DNA of 64,000 nucleotides from Lytechinus pictus. Lineage: Eukaryota. Position numbers and translations under genes: made by a program. The notes below the pieces were generated by a model. That model was given only the letters and a program-made list of their open reading frames with translations. It searched no databases and was not told the origin of the DNA. Location of the stretch: assembly GCF_037042905.1 (NCBI RefSeq), contig NC_087263.1:10540001-10604000 (forward strand). The letters run 5' to 3'. This document shows, one piece after another, positions 27,363-39,928 of this stretch (its first letter is position 1; every line of letters begins with the position of its first letter).

Positions 27363-27720
27363 CTTGGTGATAATAAAATAATTCGTAAATTATACAAATA
27401 GTATGAAGTATAATTAGAATTCTATTAGTAATAATGAAGTATAAGTCGAGGAGGATAGCATTTCCCAGGTGTTAGGCAGTGAAATTCACACAATGGGATT
27501 CAAAGCAATCAAAATTCCACACAGGACCAGTTCTCTATAAAAGGCCCTAACCAATAAATAGGAACCATCTTTTCAAAGACGGCTAAGATCATACAAAAAC
27601 ACAAAGATCTTGTAAAGAACTAAAAACAGGATTGCTTTCCAATCCACTTAAGTAATTTTTCAAGATGTATACACCAAATAATCATTTGGTTTGCAAAAAT
27701 TTGTTGTATGTGTTTGAATG

Positions 27721-27982
27721 GGGCGCCGTGGTCTAGTGGTTACGACTCTCGTCTTTCAATCAGACGGACATGGGTTCAAATTCCAGGCATGATGTGTTTT
27801 CCTTCTGCAATAAAATATATACCCACCATGTGCTGCACTCACCCCAGGTGAGGAGAATGGGTACCGACAGGATCAACTCCTTGATTGCACTGAGCGCTAA
27901 GAGGCAGCTCGTGCTTAAGTCGGGGATAATAATACTAACAATGTGCCTCGGAATAGATTATTTCTAGATAGATGGCGCTATA
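27721..27982 (+). mobile_element. tRNA-derived SINE nested in the DIRS element
   Basis: ggcgccgtggtctagtgg A-box, gggttcaaattcc B-box, gctgcactcaccccaggtgagg..aatgggtacc core. Confidence 0.8.
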
Positions 27983-28071
27983 TTCCCACAAAATAAGTTC
28001 TGCATTTCAAAATTGACTTCTGTATAATCGGGAGGGAATAAAATTGTTTTGATGCAGTCATGCAGGGTGGG

Positions 28072-28188
28072 ATCCTCCTCGACTTATACTTCATTATTAC
28101 TAATATAATTCTAATTATACTTCATACTATTTGTATAATTTACGAATTCTATTACGTAACATTCGTATAAGTCTTCAGAGGATAGCAT
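28072..28188. other. Internal complementary region (ICR) of the DIRS element
   Basis: 28072-28148 is the reverse complement of 27380-27456 (1 mismatch); 28147-28188 is the exact reverse complement of 37535-37576; the halves overlap at TT 28147-28148. Confidence 0.92.
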
Positions 28189-28244
28189 GTTCAAAGCCAC
28201 ATATCAGAAGTCAATTTCAAACAATTTGAAAGTTATCTCCCATA

Positions 28245-29172
28245 TAGTCCGGGGGCTGGGAGAGTTTATTCAGCTGATCGGGTACAAAAGGTTTGATGGT
28301 TCCATCATGTTGGCATGAAAGCAGTGATCAAGGAAAAGTGTTGCTGCCTGGCCATATCCTGTACGGAAGGCCCCAATGGCCCCAAATACGGGCCCCAAAA
28401 ATGGGTTTATTCAGCTGAAAAGGTACATGGCTAATTCTTTTTGCAATGGACCGAGGATACATTGTGATTTTCAAAAATACCCATGCCAGCAACTTCATTC
28501 TGCACGGGGGCCCAGACAGTAGCCCCAAAGTGCCCATATATCTTGTATATGTCCCACAACTAATTTATTAAGTTAAAAATGTACATGGATAATTCCTTTT
28601 GCAATGGAGGCAGTATACATTGGGATTTTCAAAAATACCCATGCCAGCAATTTTATCCTGTACAGGGGCCCAGACAGTAGGCCCGAAGGGCCCCCGAAAA
28701 TGGGTTTATTCAGCTGAAAAGGTACATGGCTAATTTTTTTTGCAATGGACCGAGTATATATTGGGATTTCCCAAAATACCCATGCCAGTAACTTTATCCT
28801 GTACGGGGGCCCAGACAGTAGACCCAAAGGGCCCATATATGTCCCACAACTAATTTATTCAGCTGAAAATATACGTGGATGATTCCTTTTGAAATGGAGG
28901 CAGTATACAATGCGATTTAAAAAGAAAAACCCATGCTAGCAACTTCATCCTGTATAGGGGCCTAGACAGTAGGCCCGAAGAGCCCCCGAAAATGGGGCTA
29001 TTCAACTGAAAAGGTACATGGCTAATTCTTTTTAAAATGGAATCTGCATACTTTAAGGATCACAAAACTACCCATGCCAGCAACTTTACCCTGCCATGGG
29101 CAGCATTTTACCTGTGTGGGGTCCAAGACAGAATTCATGCAGGGCCCATTAGAATGGTGCATTATCAATATA

Positions 29173-29205
<33 letters not shown>

Positions 29206-32200
29206 GGGGGGGGGGGGATACAAAAGATCATGAAGGCCTCCATTGATAACAATGTAAGGCATGGGAGTGTTCAGGAATATCCAGCCGCATTAGACAAAAT
29301 AGTTTGAGAGGCCGACTACTGTGCAAAAACAATATGGCCCCTGAAATGATATTGTGGCTAATCTAGCTCCACGCCCTGAACCTCTTTTTATTGGGATTGC
29401 CTGATATTGCATAATGGCAACAGCCGCCTACTCTGATTTGCCTTCAACTACTTGTCAGTGATTCCAGACTACTGTACATCATGGCTTCCACAAAACAGGT
29501 GAGAAATGTTAATTGTACTCATAATTTCAGTCAAACCGATTAGACTGATTTAACTATCTTTTGAACATAATAATGATCAAGCATCATCCATTAGTTATCA
29601 ACAATAAAAAGTTTGTGCATATTTCATTAATGTGTATATACTTCATAATTAATCAATCATTACTTGTTGCTCAAAACGACCAATTAAATGATACAGTAGA
29701 TGATACCAGTTGATGTAATAAAAAGATTACAGCAAACGGAGAGTAGCACTTAGGCCGGGATGACCTTGAAGGTAGCAGCAGGGCCGAATGCAAAACAATT
29801 AAATGTTTTTTATTCCAATTTTCTCCAAACATTTATTGCATTAATTGTGGTATAATAGTCGACATGCATGCAAATTTTATAATCACAACTGCCCTCACTT
29901 GCCAGATACAATGTCCCGCCATGCGTGGATCCAATGGGCCTTAAATGCCCCCCTATCCTCCCCTCAAAAGAGGGGGGGGGGGGTAGAAAGGAGAATAGGG
30001 AAATGTGAATAGGACTGAGGGAGAAGAGAAAGGGAGAGCGGAAAGGATAGGAGGTGGAAAGGAGAGAAAATGATGAAGGGTTGGGAAAGAAAGGGAGGAA
30101 ATAGAAAAAAAGAAGGGAACAGGGGAGGGGAGAGAAAAAGAAGGGGAGGTAAGAGAGAAAAATGAGAAGGGGAGAGAGAGAGGGAGGGAAAGGGAAGGTG
30201 AAAAGAGAAAAGGAAGCAGGGAGAGAAAAGCAAGGGGAGGGTGAACAAAAATAGAGGAGAGGGTGAGAGAGGGAAGGGGAAGGGAAGAGAAAGAGGAAAT
30301 ATAAAAACTAATAGAGATTGAGAAATAACAGAATAAAAGATAGAGAAGGAGAGAAAAATGATAACTGGATAAAGGAAAGTAATTGAGGAAACAGAATGAT
30401 ATAGAGGCGATCATATAAAAGGGGAAAAGGAAAGGATAATAAAGAGAAGAAATGTATTTTTGTTTGACAAAAGCCCTTGCCGTCTCATATACAATTAAAA
30501 AAGAATAAAAGGGAATTGGAAAATATAGTTGGGTCTTGGAAGCTGAAGCAGCCTCGTCCCTTAAATGGCGACGCACAGGATTATGAGGGATAAAAGAGGA
30601 AAATAACAAGAAAGGGGGAAGAAGTTTTAAAAATATATAAACTTGGAAATAGAAAGAAAAGTAACCAAAATGAGAGGAAGAGAGGAATTGGCAAATATCA
30701 CACCTTTCAGGTTAATAAATCAAAATACTATTCTACTATATTCAGGCCTTTAACTGTAATCACCAAAAGGGATAGATATTAGTTTTAGGCACCCGGCAAT
30801 ATACTCCCATATACATAGCCCTTGTGATAATTACAAATCACTTGAAAGAGGTTTCTGGGGACACGCCATTCTGCGCGCTCGCTTCGCTCGCTGCTGCTAC
30901 TGTCATTATTTCAGTTCAAGAAAGATTATGCATGTTTCAATCTATTTTGTAAACCCTCACTTATGATGTAATTATGTAAATAGGCCTAACTACCCCTCTA
31001 TGTCTTCAGCCCGGTAAATCAAGTGTAGGTATTTCCGCCAGTTCCAAGCATACATTCGTTATCCCAAATTGAAACTAATAGGCCTATGTATTGCACACTG
31101 GGGCCCTTTCAGGCATTACTGGAAATAAGGACCAAGGTATACTGATTACATTACAAAATTAATTATCCATGTATATCTTATTATCCTTGGGGCTTTTGGG
31201 GTCGACTGCAAGTCTGGTCCTCATACAGAATAAACTTGATTGCATTGGTATTTTTAGAAACCTTAGCTAAGTGCATACAAATTCCATCCAAAAAAATTAT
31301 ATCCATGCATCACTTCTGCCAAACAAATTAGTTTTTAGACATCTGTTCCCTTTTTGGCTGCTATCTGGGCCCCCATACATGGTAAATCAGCTGGAATTGA
31401 CATTTATATGACCCCAAAGTATATGCAAGTTCCATTTAAAAAAACAATCACCCATGTCTGTCTTCAGCCTAAAATACACTTTTTGGGGAGGGGCACTATT
31501 GGGCTACTGCCTGGGCCCCCGTGCAGAATGAAGTTGCTGGCATGGCAGCTAAATAACCCCATTTTCGGGGGCTCTTCGGGCCTACTGTCTGGGCCCCGTA
31601 CAGGATAAAGTTGCTGGCATGGGTATTTTTGAAAATCCCATTGTATGCTGCCTCCATTTCAAAAGGAATTATCCGTGTACATTTTTGCTGAATATATTAG
31701 TTGTGGGGCATATGGGCACTTTGGGGCTACTGTCTGGGCCCCCATACAAGGTAAAGTTGCTGGCATGGGTAGTTTTGTGATCCTTAAAGTATGCAGATTC
31801 AATTTTAAACAGAATTAGCCATGTACATTTTCAGCTAAATAGCCCCATTTTCGGGGGCCCTTCGGGCCTACTGTGTGGGCCCCTATACGGGATAAAGTTG
31901 CTGGCAAGAGTTTTCTGTTTAAATCGCATTGTATACTGCCTCCATTGCAAAAGAAATTATCCATGTAAATTTTCAGCTGAATAAATTAGTTGTAGGACAT
32001 ATATGGGCCCTTTGGGGCTACTGTCTGGGCCCCCGTACAGGATAAAGTTGCTGTCATGGGTATTTTGGGAAATCCCAATATATACACGGTCCATTGAAAA
32101 AAGAATTAGCCATGTACAGGATAAAGGATAAAGTTGCTGGCATGGGTATTTTTGAAAATCCCATTGTATGCTGCCTCCATTTCAAAAGGAATTATCCGTG

Positions 32201-33119
32201 TACATTTTTGCTGAATAAATTAGTTGTGGGGCATATGGGCACTTTGGGGCTACTGTCTGGGCCCCCATACAAGGTAAAGTTGCTGGCATGGGTAGTTTTG
32301 TGATCCTTAAAGTATGCAGATTAAATTTTAAACAGAATTAGCCATGTACCTTTTCAGCTGAATAAATTAGTTGTAGGACATATATGGGCCCTTTTGGGGC
32401 TACTGTCTGGGCCCCCGTACAGGATAAAGTTGCTGTCATGGGTATTTTGGGAAATCCCAATATATACACGGTCCATTGAAAAAAGAATTAGCCATGTACC
32501 TTTTCTGCTGAATAAACCCATTTTCGGGGGGCCCTTCGGGCCTACTGTCTGGGCCCCTGTACAGGATAAAATTGCTGGCATGGGTATTTTTGAAAATCTC
32601 AATGTATACTGCCTCCATTGCAAAAGGAAATATCCATGTACATTTTTAGCTTAATAAATTAGTTGTGGGACATATACAGGATATATGGGCACTTTGGGGC
32701 TACTGTCTGGGCCCCCGTACAGGATGAAGTTGCTGGCATGGATATTTTTGAAAATCTCAATGTATACTCGGTCCATTGCAAAAAGAATTAGCCATGTACC
32801 TTTTCAGCTGAATAAACCCATTTTCGGGGGGCCCTTTGGGCCTACTGTCTGGGCCCCCGTACAGGATAAAGTTGCTGGCATGGTTTTTTTTGAAAATCTC
32901 AATGTATACTCGGTCCATTGCAAAAAGAATTAGCCATGTACCTTTTCAGCTGAATAAACCCATTTTTGGGGCCCGTATTTGGGGCCATTGGGGCCTTCCG
33001 TACAGGATATGGCCCGGCAGCAACACTTTTCCTTGACCACTGCCTTCATGCCAACATGATGGGACCATCAAGCCTTTTGTACCCGATCAGCTGAATAAAC
33101 TCTCCCAGCCCCCGGACTA
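28245..33119. mobile_element. Non-autonomous foldback DNA transposon with long, internally tandem TIRs (Academ-like)
   Basis: Ends TAGTCCGGGGGCTGGGAGAG... / ...CTCTCCCAGCCCCCGGACTA. 3-bp TSD ATA (28242-28244, 33120-33122). The arms (28245-~29150 and ~31100-33119) are built of ~140-158-nt units alternating between two variants. No transposase ORF. Confidence 0.8.
29968..30700 (+). repeat. Polypurine (G/A-rich) low-complexity tract in the foldback spacer
   Basis: About 700 nt strongly purine-skewed on the + strand. Confidence 0.85.
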
Positions 33120-33599
33120 ATAATGATCTCATAAAGATCATATTATCTCAACGTGGTCATACGATGTTGCCACTTGCCAAACTAGAAATATTTATAACAC
33201 TTCAGAATGAATTGACATTATGAAAATGTAATTAAGGAACACTGAATCAGCCAATGATTATATTTATATAATTATTAATAAATTGTTTCTCAATGAAGGC
33301 GAGGAAATTAATCAGTGAAATATTCCTCATCGATTCATCTTGCAAATTATCTCCAATCAATCAAGTACATATCATACTTCTATATAATCCATTGATATAA
33401 ATGTGAAATATTTTCAAATATATTTGAAATATTTTCAAATATATTTGAAATATTTGAAATATTTGAAATATTTTCAAATAATTTTATACCATTTTAAGGT
33501 TTTCTACATCAGCAGTAGAGGCGAAAATGGCCTCACTGGAAGAGCCATATATAATAATCGACGTTTAAGATAAGAATAACTAATGTTGGAAGATTCATC

Positions 33600-36500
33600 G
33601 TACTATAGGATGAAAATAATATCTTGCTTCAGATATCAAAAGTCAAGATATTTCTCTATGATCAAATCAAAAGTTTAGTGGTGAAGGAGGTAGTTAATTA
33701 TTGATGAAACGCGGAACAATTACTGAGGCATCATGGTCAGATGGTATAAAATGTAAAAACTAATTCAGTTTTTGATCTGAGACAAGGTTACTAAATATTT
33801 TTAGGGGGTTCCAATGGGTGAATACTAGACAGTACTCTTTGTCATGTTTGTGCACCTTTAACCTGAGAAGAGTAGTTTAGAAAAAGCAATCAACAAAGAA
33901 GAATTCATAATTGAAGAGAACAAAGTAGTGATGTTCAAATAATTTTCTCATCGTACAAAATAACTTTCATGACAACTCTTGAAAGTGAAATTTGGATGGT
34001 TCATTCAGCGTTTGAGCACGCTGGACGTAATTGCTGTCAGCAGAGAAGAGCAGAATTATTGACGTCAAAATAAGAAGATATAATTTATGATTGCCCCAAA
34101 AAGATTAACATTCAACAATTTGGTACAATGAAATTGAATCAAACTTCCTTGTAATTTGGTGTGCCAAGTAAAAGGATATTCTCCCGAATTGGAAGTCCAT
34201 AAAAGGCTGTAATGAATTTAGATGTAAGAATACTTGAAAAAAAAAAGCTTCCTGAAAGATTTATAAACTTGATAACCATGGTTTAGATTAAATGAAATTT
34301 CATGTTTTCAAATTTTGTTCGACTAATAAATTTTATCATTACAATTGATAAAGAGTTATATTGCTGTCAAATACTGTAATTGAGACAAGGAGTTCAACAA
34401 GGATTTGTAGGCAGTAAATTGCCTTAATTCAATAATACTTGATTATCAGCATAGTGGTGGTCGAGGGTGTAGTTTACAGCACAGCTTACAAAATTGGAGT
34501 TTATTCTTCTAATCAATCATACGTATCAATTTGAATAGTTAATGATATTGGTATTCATTTGTTTGTGAAAAACAAACGTGTTTAAAAAAAAATATTGTTC
34601 TAGGGCATAGGTGCCGTGCAAGAAATTGATTCCTAAACATTTATGTTGGTAGTTAGCAGGTCAGATACCTTACAAAACATGATCGCGACACCTTAACATG
34701 CTAACGATATTAGCAGTGATTGCGATAAATCATAGGTTGTGGAGTTTCCGGTTGGAGTATATGCATAGTTGACTGGCAAAATAAGTAATGAATCTTAATG
34801 TTGATAATTGTCAGAAATTAATTTGAGATACAAGTCCAAAATGATGACACTTCGATCTCCAATTTTTGATACATGACATAACATAGTCGTCTGATTGAAT
34901 GATGTAAATAGTAAAAGAACCAACCAGGTTAGGTCCTAGATGTGCCAAGTCAGGTGTTTTTAACTTTCCCCTGTAAAACAGACCTCGAGAGCTCGCTTCC
35001 AGAAATCCCAGTTTTATTGTTATTCATTTTTTTTTTTTCAAACTATTTATCACCACAAGTTCATTTTTTTGTGTGTGTGTATTTCCCTCGTGATCGAGGA
35101 GTTAGTAATGAAAAAACTCAATTTCAGCGATACAAATGTACAAATCAAAGCAGCATCCTCTAGGGATCATAATGGCTTATACAATATTTTATATCAGATG
35201 ACTGATTGTTAACATTCATGAAAAGTTCTCTTGGGAATCCATGTATTATATAAAGTTACTTTAAATATAGTTAAGTCTTCTGGGTAGCATATTGTATAAT
35301 TTTGCATGGCACAACGTTGATGGTTCATGGTTGAGTCTTGTACAAGATGAGTACAGGGTGGAAGAAATTTCAACTTTGATTAAACAATGGATCTCTGTCC
35401 AGTGTTTTTACCAATACCAAAATTGTCGGAATGCATGTCTGCATACATTCTAAACTTTTGAAAGGTTTAAAGGTTACTTAATCCAACTTGTTGTACACTT
35501 CGGGAATTTGGAATACTCTTAGTATCAACGGCTTGCGTTGGAAAGGATAATTAGGTGCTTTGTCAAGTTAGAAATCCGATCTGTTTAAATCTTCCTTGTT
35601 CAATCTTTTTAATTAAAATATTCTTTGTTCAATGAATAGATAACAAGAATACATGTACATGTAGATAGGCCCATGATCTGACAAATCTTCAATGTAGGTT
35701 GTCAAGGACAACATGAATGAATGGGAAGGTCTATCAGCAAAAGAATGTTCAGGCTTGGGCATGTAGCCTATTTACAAAGTCTGGTGAAAATGTACTAGCT
35801 ACCTCTTTTAATATAAGAATATAGTAATGAGCTATTCATTTAGGCGCCTTGCACGGATGAACTACTAGTTGGAACAATTTTGCGTGTATTATCTATTGTT
35901 GTCTGGTAAACCTCAGACAATGAGATTTGCATCTTGGCAATTAAAATTTTCATTTCAACATGAAGTTCCTTCCAGATCCATAATCATTTAACATGTTTTA
36001 ATGAAGCATTTTTCATCATGTTTTTTTTTTCCTTTGAGGAATGTAAAGCTTCATATTACAAGCAACAAATGGATGATAGTTGAATTTCGTGACAAAACTT
36101 GGCTTTTCCCGGCTTAAAAGCAATTCAAATGACTATGAATTTGCCACTAACCAATCGGGTTATGCGAATATGTAAAATGGTACAGTAGTAAGTCTAAGCA
36201 TTGTCCACGCGAGTTGTGAGATATCTAGCGATAATATCGCTGTTGTGAAGCTCTTGGTACAACTGTTTAATTTGTTTAAAATTTAACACAAGAGCATATC
36301 GATCATCGTTTTATAAGCAGTGAAGAAGATTCCCTGCGTTGTGCAAAATGCCTTTTGTGTACAATGTACTCTAGGTTATAAAGAGAGGCCTGCGCCAGTA
36401 CATGTTATAGCGATGTCAGTTTATACTCCAAATCGATGCTTTTTAAACATGTTTAAACGAAAATGGTTCTTGTAAAAGATTCCTATGAGGGATGATTCAA

Positions 36501-37280
36501 AATGTAGGCATAACAATTTTTATACATAGATACACATGTTCATAATGTCCGGGAACGTCACCCATTATTATGATATGGCGAAAGATTCATGCCAATCTAT
36601 GGCAAAGGAATGGTAGCATCTATAGAGTAAGAAACTCTCCATCTTTGGGATGGTGAAAACAAAATCGACTGTCAGAGCAGTATTAACTAATACAAGTAAA
36701 TCCAGTACACAGTTGGCCATGACCATCAGTATTATCGGTGCTCCGGTGTCGTATTGAATTCTTCTGTACACAATCCGATTGGAATATAGGCGTATATAGC
36801 AATTACTCGACAACAATTTTAAGAAGGGTTAAATTAAATCCCTTGGTCCAGCACAGTTGCTGTTATTGGTTGGTATACTAACCACACATTAGAACGAGTA
36901 TTGTAGAAAATTTGGCAATGGCTAGTAAGAAAAAGTTGGAAGCAATTTTATTATTCGGATGAATTGAAGTCAAAATAAGGCTGTAATAAGGGTAAGGCTC
37001 GCAATCCAAATCAATGACATGTATCGATGTCATATCAGCATACGGCTTATTTCGATAAACCAAAGAGTTTACAGAGTAAATCATTATAATGATGTGAAGG
37101 TGTGCTGAATCAGCGAAATTTCTAGAAGAAAATATAAGGCAGCGCCCCAATGAAGAAACAGTGTAGGGCAGCCCCCTGATGTAGAAAGGTATGGCTCACA
37201 TACCAAAAATATGGGTGGAGGAGCCCTCCTGCCCAAGTCAGCATGACTCGCATGCCTTAAAATATCAGAGACTGCCATGA
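33600..37280 (-). pseudogene. Decayed DIRS gag / RT / tyrosine recombinase coding remnants
   Basis: RT-like IKKIEQGRF...LSFP (~35613-35540; cf. PKKxxGxFRLIxxLSxP) and AFRQ (35434-35423); YR box-I-like FITAFYGL (34216-34193); weakly gag-like ORF 36816-36568. Many stops and frameshifts; boundaries approximate. Confidence 0.55.
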
Positions 37281-38939
37281 TAGCTGCCGCTTTTACTCAA
37301 CTCCAGGCGGCTTTCCATGCCTGCTCCCCAACGGAAAGCAGGGCTGAAGGAGACCGTAGGCTCACGTCTCCTCAATACTCACCATGAAGATAAAGATGTG
37401 TAGTCACTGCCGTCACACTTGAAAAAGATGGTTCCTATTCATTGGTTAGGGCCTTTTATAGAGAACTGGTCCTGTGTGGAATTTTGATTGCTTTGAATCC
37501 CATTGTGTGAATTTCACTGCCTAACACCTGGGAAATGCTATCCTCTGAAGACTTATACGAATGTTACGTAATAGAAACAGATTTAAAACAACAGCATAAC
37601 TCAGGAACTTAACAGCAAACATAACATGTCTGTGAGTGTCATACTCTTTCTATTTATACCTTTGGCCTTCCTCGGCCCACATCAAAATTGTTGCTACAGT
37701 AACATAACAATATTTAAATCATCTTAAAGCTAACCAATGAAATTAAAGGAAATAGAAGAACCCAACTGAAATGTAGTAATCCAGTTCATAATATAAACTA
37801 ATGAGGAATAAGATGAAGGTGATAAAAGATGTCTGGGTAATTATGTAATAATAGCATGAGAAACTAAGGAGTCAGGTGAGGGATGGAATGAGTGGAACAC
37901 CTGAATAGAGAAGGAATGAAGATGACAAAAGAGAATCAGTGGAAAAGAATCCAATGTGGAGAAGGATGAATGAAAACTGAATATAATTAAACTCAAATAA
38001 CCTAAGTTCAGACTGCAAGGGCAGTGCTGAAAAGAAATGCAAATGAACTCAAGTCTAGACGGAACAGAAATGTAAAACAGCTGAAGGAAGCACAAGTTAA
38101 AGAAAATGAACAAAATAGGAAAATGACAAAATAACCATCCTACACAATCAAATATGAAGTGATTTATGTCCGCTTCAAGTCATTTTAGACTCCTTTTTTT
38201 AAAGCCATCTTGGATTTTTGGGAATACCAGAACATAGAATGTCCTTGTAACTTTCCCAATGTACTACTTGACCCTTAATATCATTGAATAGAAACCAAAT
38301 TAAGGCAACTTAATACATCGGTCACATTTACTCTACGGCGGCCGTACGGCGAGTCGAAAATAGCCGTTTTATTCATTTTTATTCAAACCACCTATATGTA
38401 GCTGGTACAAAAAATGTTAAAACGACTGTTTTCGACTCGCCGTACGGCCGCCGAGGTATAAGTAATAGATGAAGTGCGAATTTTCAGGCTACGAAAGCCA
38501 TGTTGGACGCCATTTCGGATTTTCTAGGTAACCTCGATTGCTTATGTTCACTCTAACCTGTATCAACAAATCTTTTAGTCCATAGACCATGAGATATGCA
38601 TGGAAATAAAATGTGTATCGTGGATAGTTGGTGAGTTATGTCTATTTTCAGTGATTGGCAGCCATCCTGAAAAAAAAATCCCGGATGCGGATTTCGGTAG
38701 ATTTTTATTGTGTTATTTTCTGAGGTCAAATAGTACCAGAAACAGTTGAAAAAAGATTTGTTGCAATTTTTTAGGCCCAGCCAATATATTGACCCGACTA
38801 TAGGTATACATCAGATATTTCTCTTAGCTGATCTTTAAATCATCTTGCTTATCTGAAGTAGGGTTTGATTTAAGCTTTGGTCTAAAGCTGCGGTTTAAAT
38901 ATGGACAGCCAATCGTGGCATTAATCTATATCTGTAGGG

Positions 38940-39928
38940 CAGGGGTTCTCAAACTTTTTCTTTAAAGGGCCAGATGAGACTCCAAGTAAACCTGAAAGGG
39001 CCAGGGTGAAGTGAATACTTAGAAAAAAATGTGCGCGAAGCGGTCGAGGTCCTACATGCTCTCTTGTACAATCTGGCCCTTATTTTGGGAGCATTTGATC
39101 CAAAAAAAATTATTACAGTTTCATATGAAACGCAGGTAAAATAAGAAAAGATTTCAAATACAGCGAGAGTTAATATTATGATAACAAAATTGTAGTATTT
39201 TTTAAAAGGAATCTAGATTGTATTAATACATACCTGGTATTGGGGAGACATATAATGTCTTGAAGTATCAATATGTTGTGTAGTCAAAGTAGAGTGAATA
39301 ATAGAGCATGACTGTTGTAGACTCTAACAAGAATAGTCTCCTATAGTCACTTTCAATATGGGATAAGTGACAGTCTGTCAGCAAAAAGTTGCTTGAACCT
39401 TGGCACAAAAGGTGTAATTGCCAGACGAAGGCACTGGTGCAAATGTTCACTGGTCAATCATGGGCGGCGGAAGCGGGATGGGGGCGGCTTCAGCCCCCTC
39501 CCCCACACTTTTTTTTCCAAAACCATGTACAAAAACGTAAAAATGACCTCATTATTGTGATTTTTTACATGGCCAGCCCCCCCCCCCCCCACACTTTGAA
39601 AACCGTTCTGCGGCCCCTGTCAAGGTACTTCGGTATGAGTTAGTTCTTTAAAATGTTCATTGTGGAAAATGCACTTTCGCACCTGCATGTAGATCCAAAC
39701 ATGGTGAGAACACCGCTGGTCTAATAAGAAAGTAGATTGAACATACAGAAAAGACTCCACTAAACTATTTATTTGACAGCCATTATACGGTTAGGTCTAC
39801 ATGGAAACACAATGTAATCATATTGAGCTATGTTTCATATTGTGACTTAAAAGTGATAAAAAAAAAAACCAGCAGAATCTCGCGGGCCAGATTTAGAAGC
39901 TCCGCGGGCCGTAGTTTGAGAACCCCTG
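38940..39928. mobile_element. Non-autonomous hAT (Charlie-like) element, 8-bp TSD CTGTAGGG
   Basis: TIR CAGGGGTTCTCAAACT / AGTTTGAGAACCCCTG; perfect TSD at 38932-38939 and 39929-39936; contains a poly-C MITE at ~39459-39619. Confidence 0.9.

Larger units (their letters stand above)
27380..37576 (-). mobile_element. DIRS-type tyrosine-recombinase retrotransposon, coding-degenerate, with nested insertions
   Basis: Inverted LTR core 27451-~27573 vs ~37422-37545 (1 mismatch in ~120 nt) with different outer extensions. ICR 28072-28188 is complementary to both outer ends. No TSD. Minus-strand motif remnants occur in gag>RT>YR order. About 5 kb remains after removing the inserts. Confidence 0.88.

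Noticed and set aside
27721-27790. tRNA-like sequences (also at 12290, 18968, 62661)
   Set aside because: No complete cloverleaf; each continues into a SINE body and tail.
28245-28250. Polinton interpretation of the AGT... terminus
   Set aside because: No 6-bp TSD and no coding content; a 3-bp ATA TSD outside TAG...CTA fits better.
29953-30609. 218-aa hydrophobic ORF on the minus strand
   Set aside because: It is the translation of a polypyrimidine low-complexity tract (F/S/L/P).
28328-33036. Repeated short ORFs MG(T/P)LGLLSGPPYRIKLLAW..., and a possible CRISPR-like array
   Set aside because: They come from tandem TIR units with frameshifts between copies. There are no unique spacers or cas genes, and the context is eukaryotic.
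33500-33600. Possible SGNH-hydrolase remnant (IIIYGSS) downstream of the YR remnant in the DIRS element
   Set aside because: A single short motif in decayed sequence; not supportable without an HMM search.
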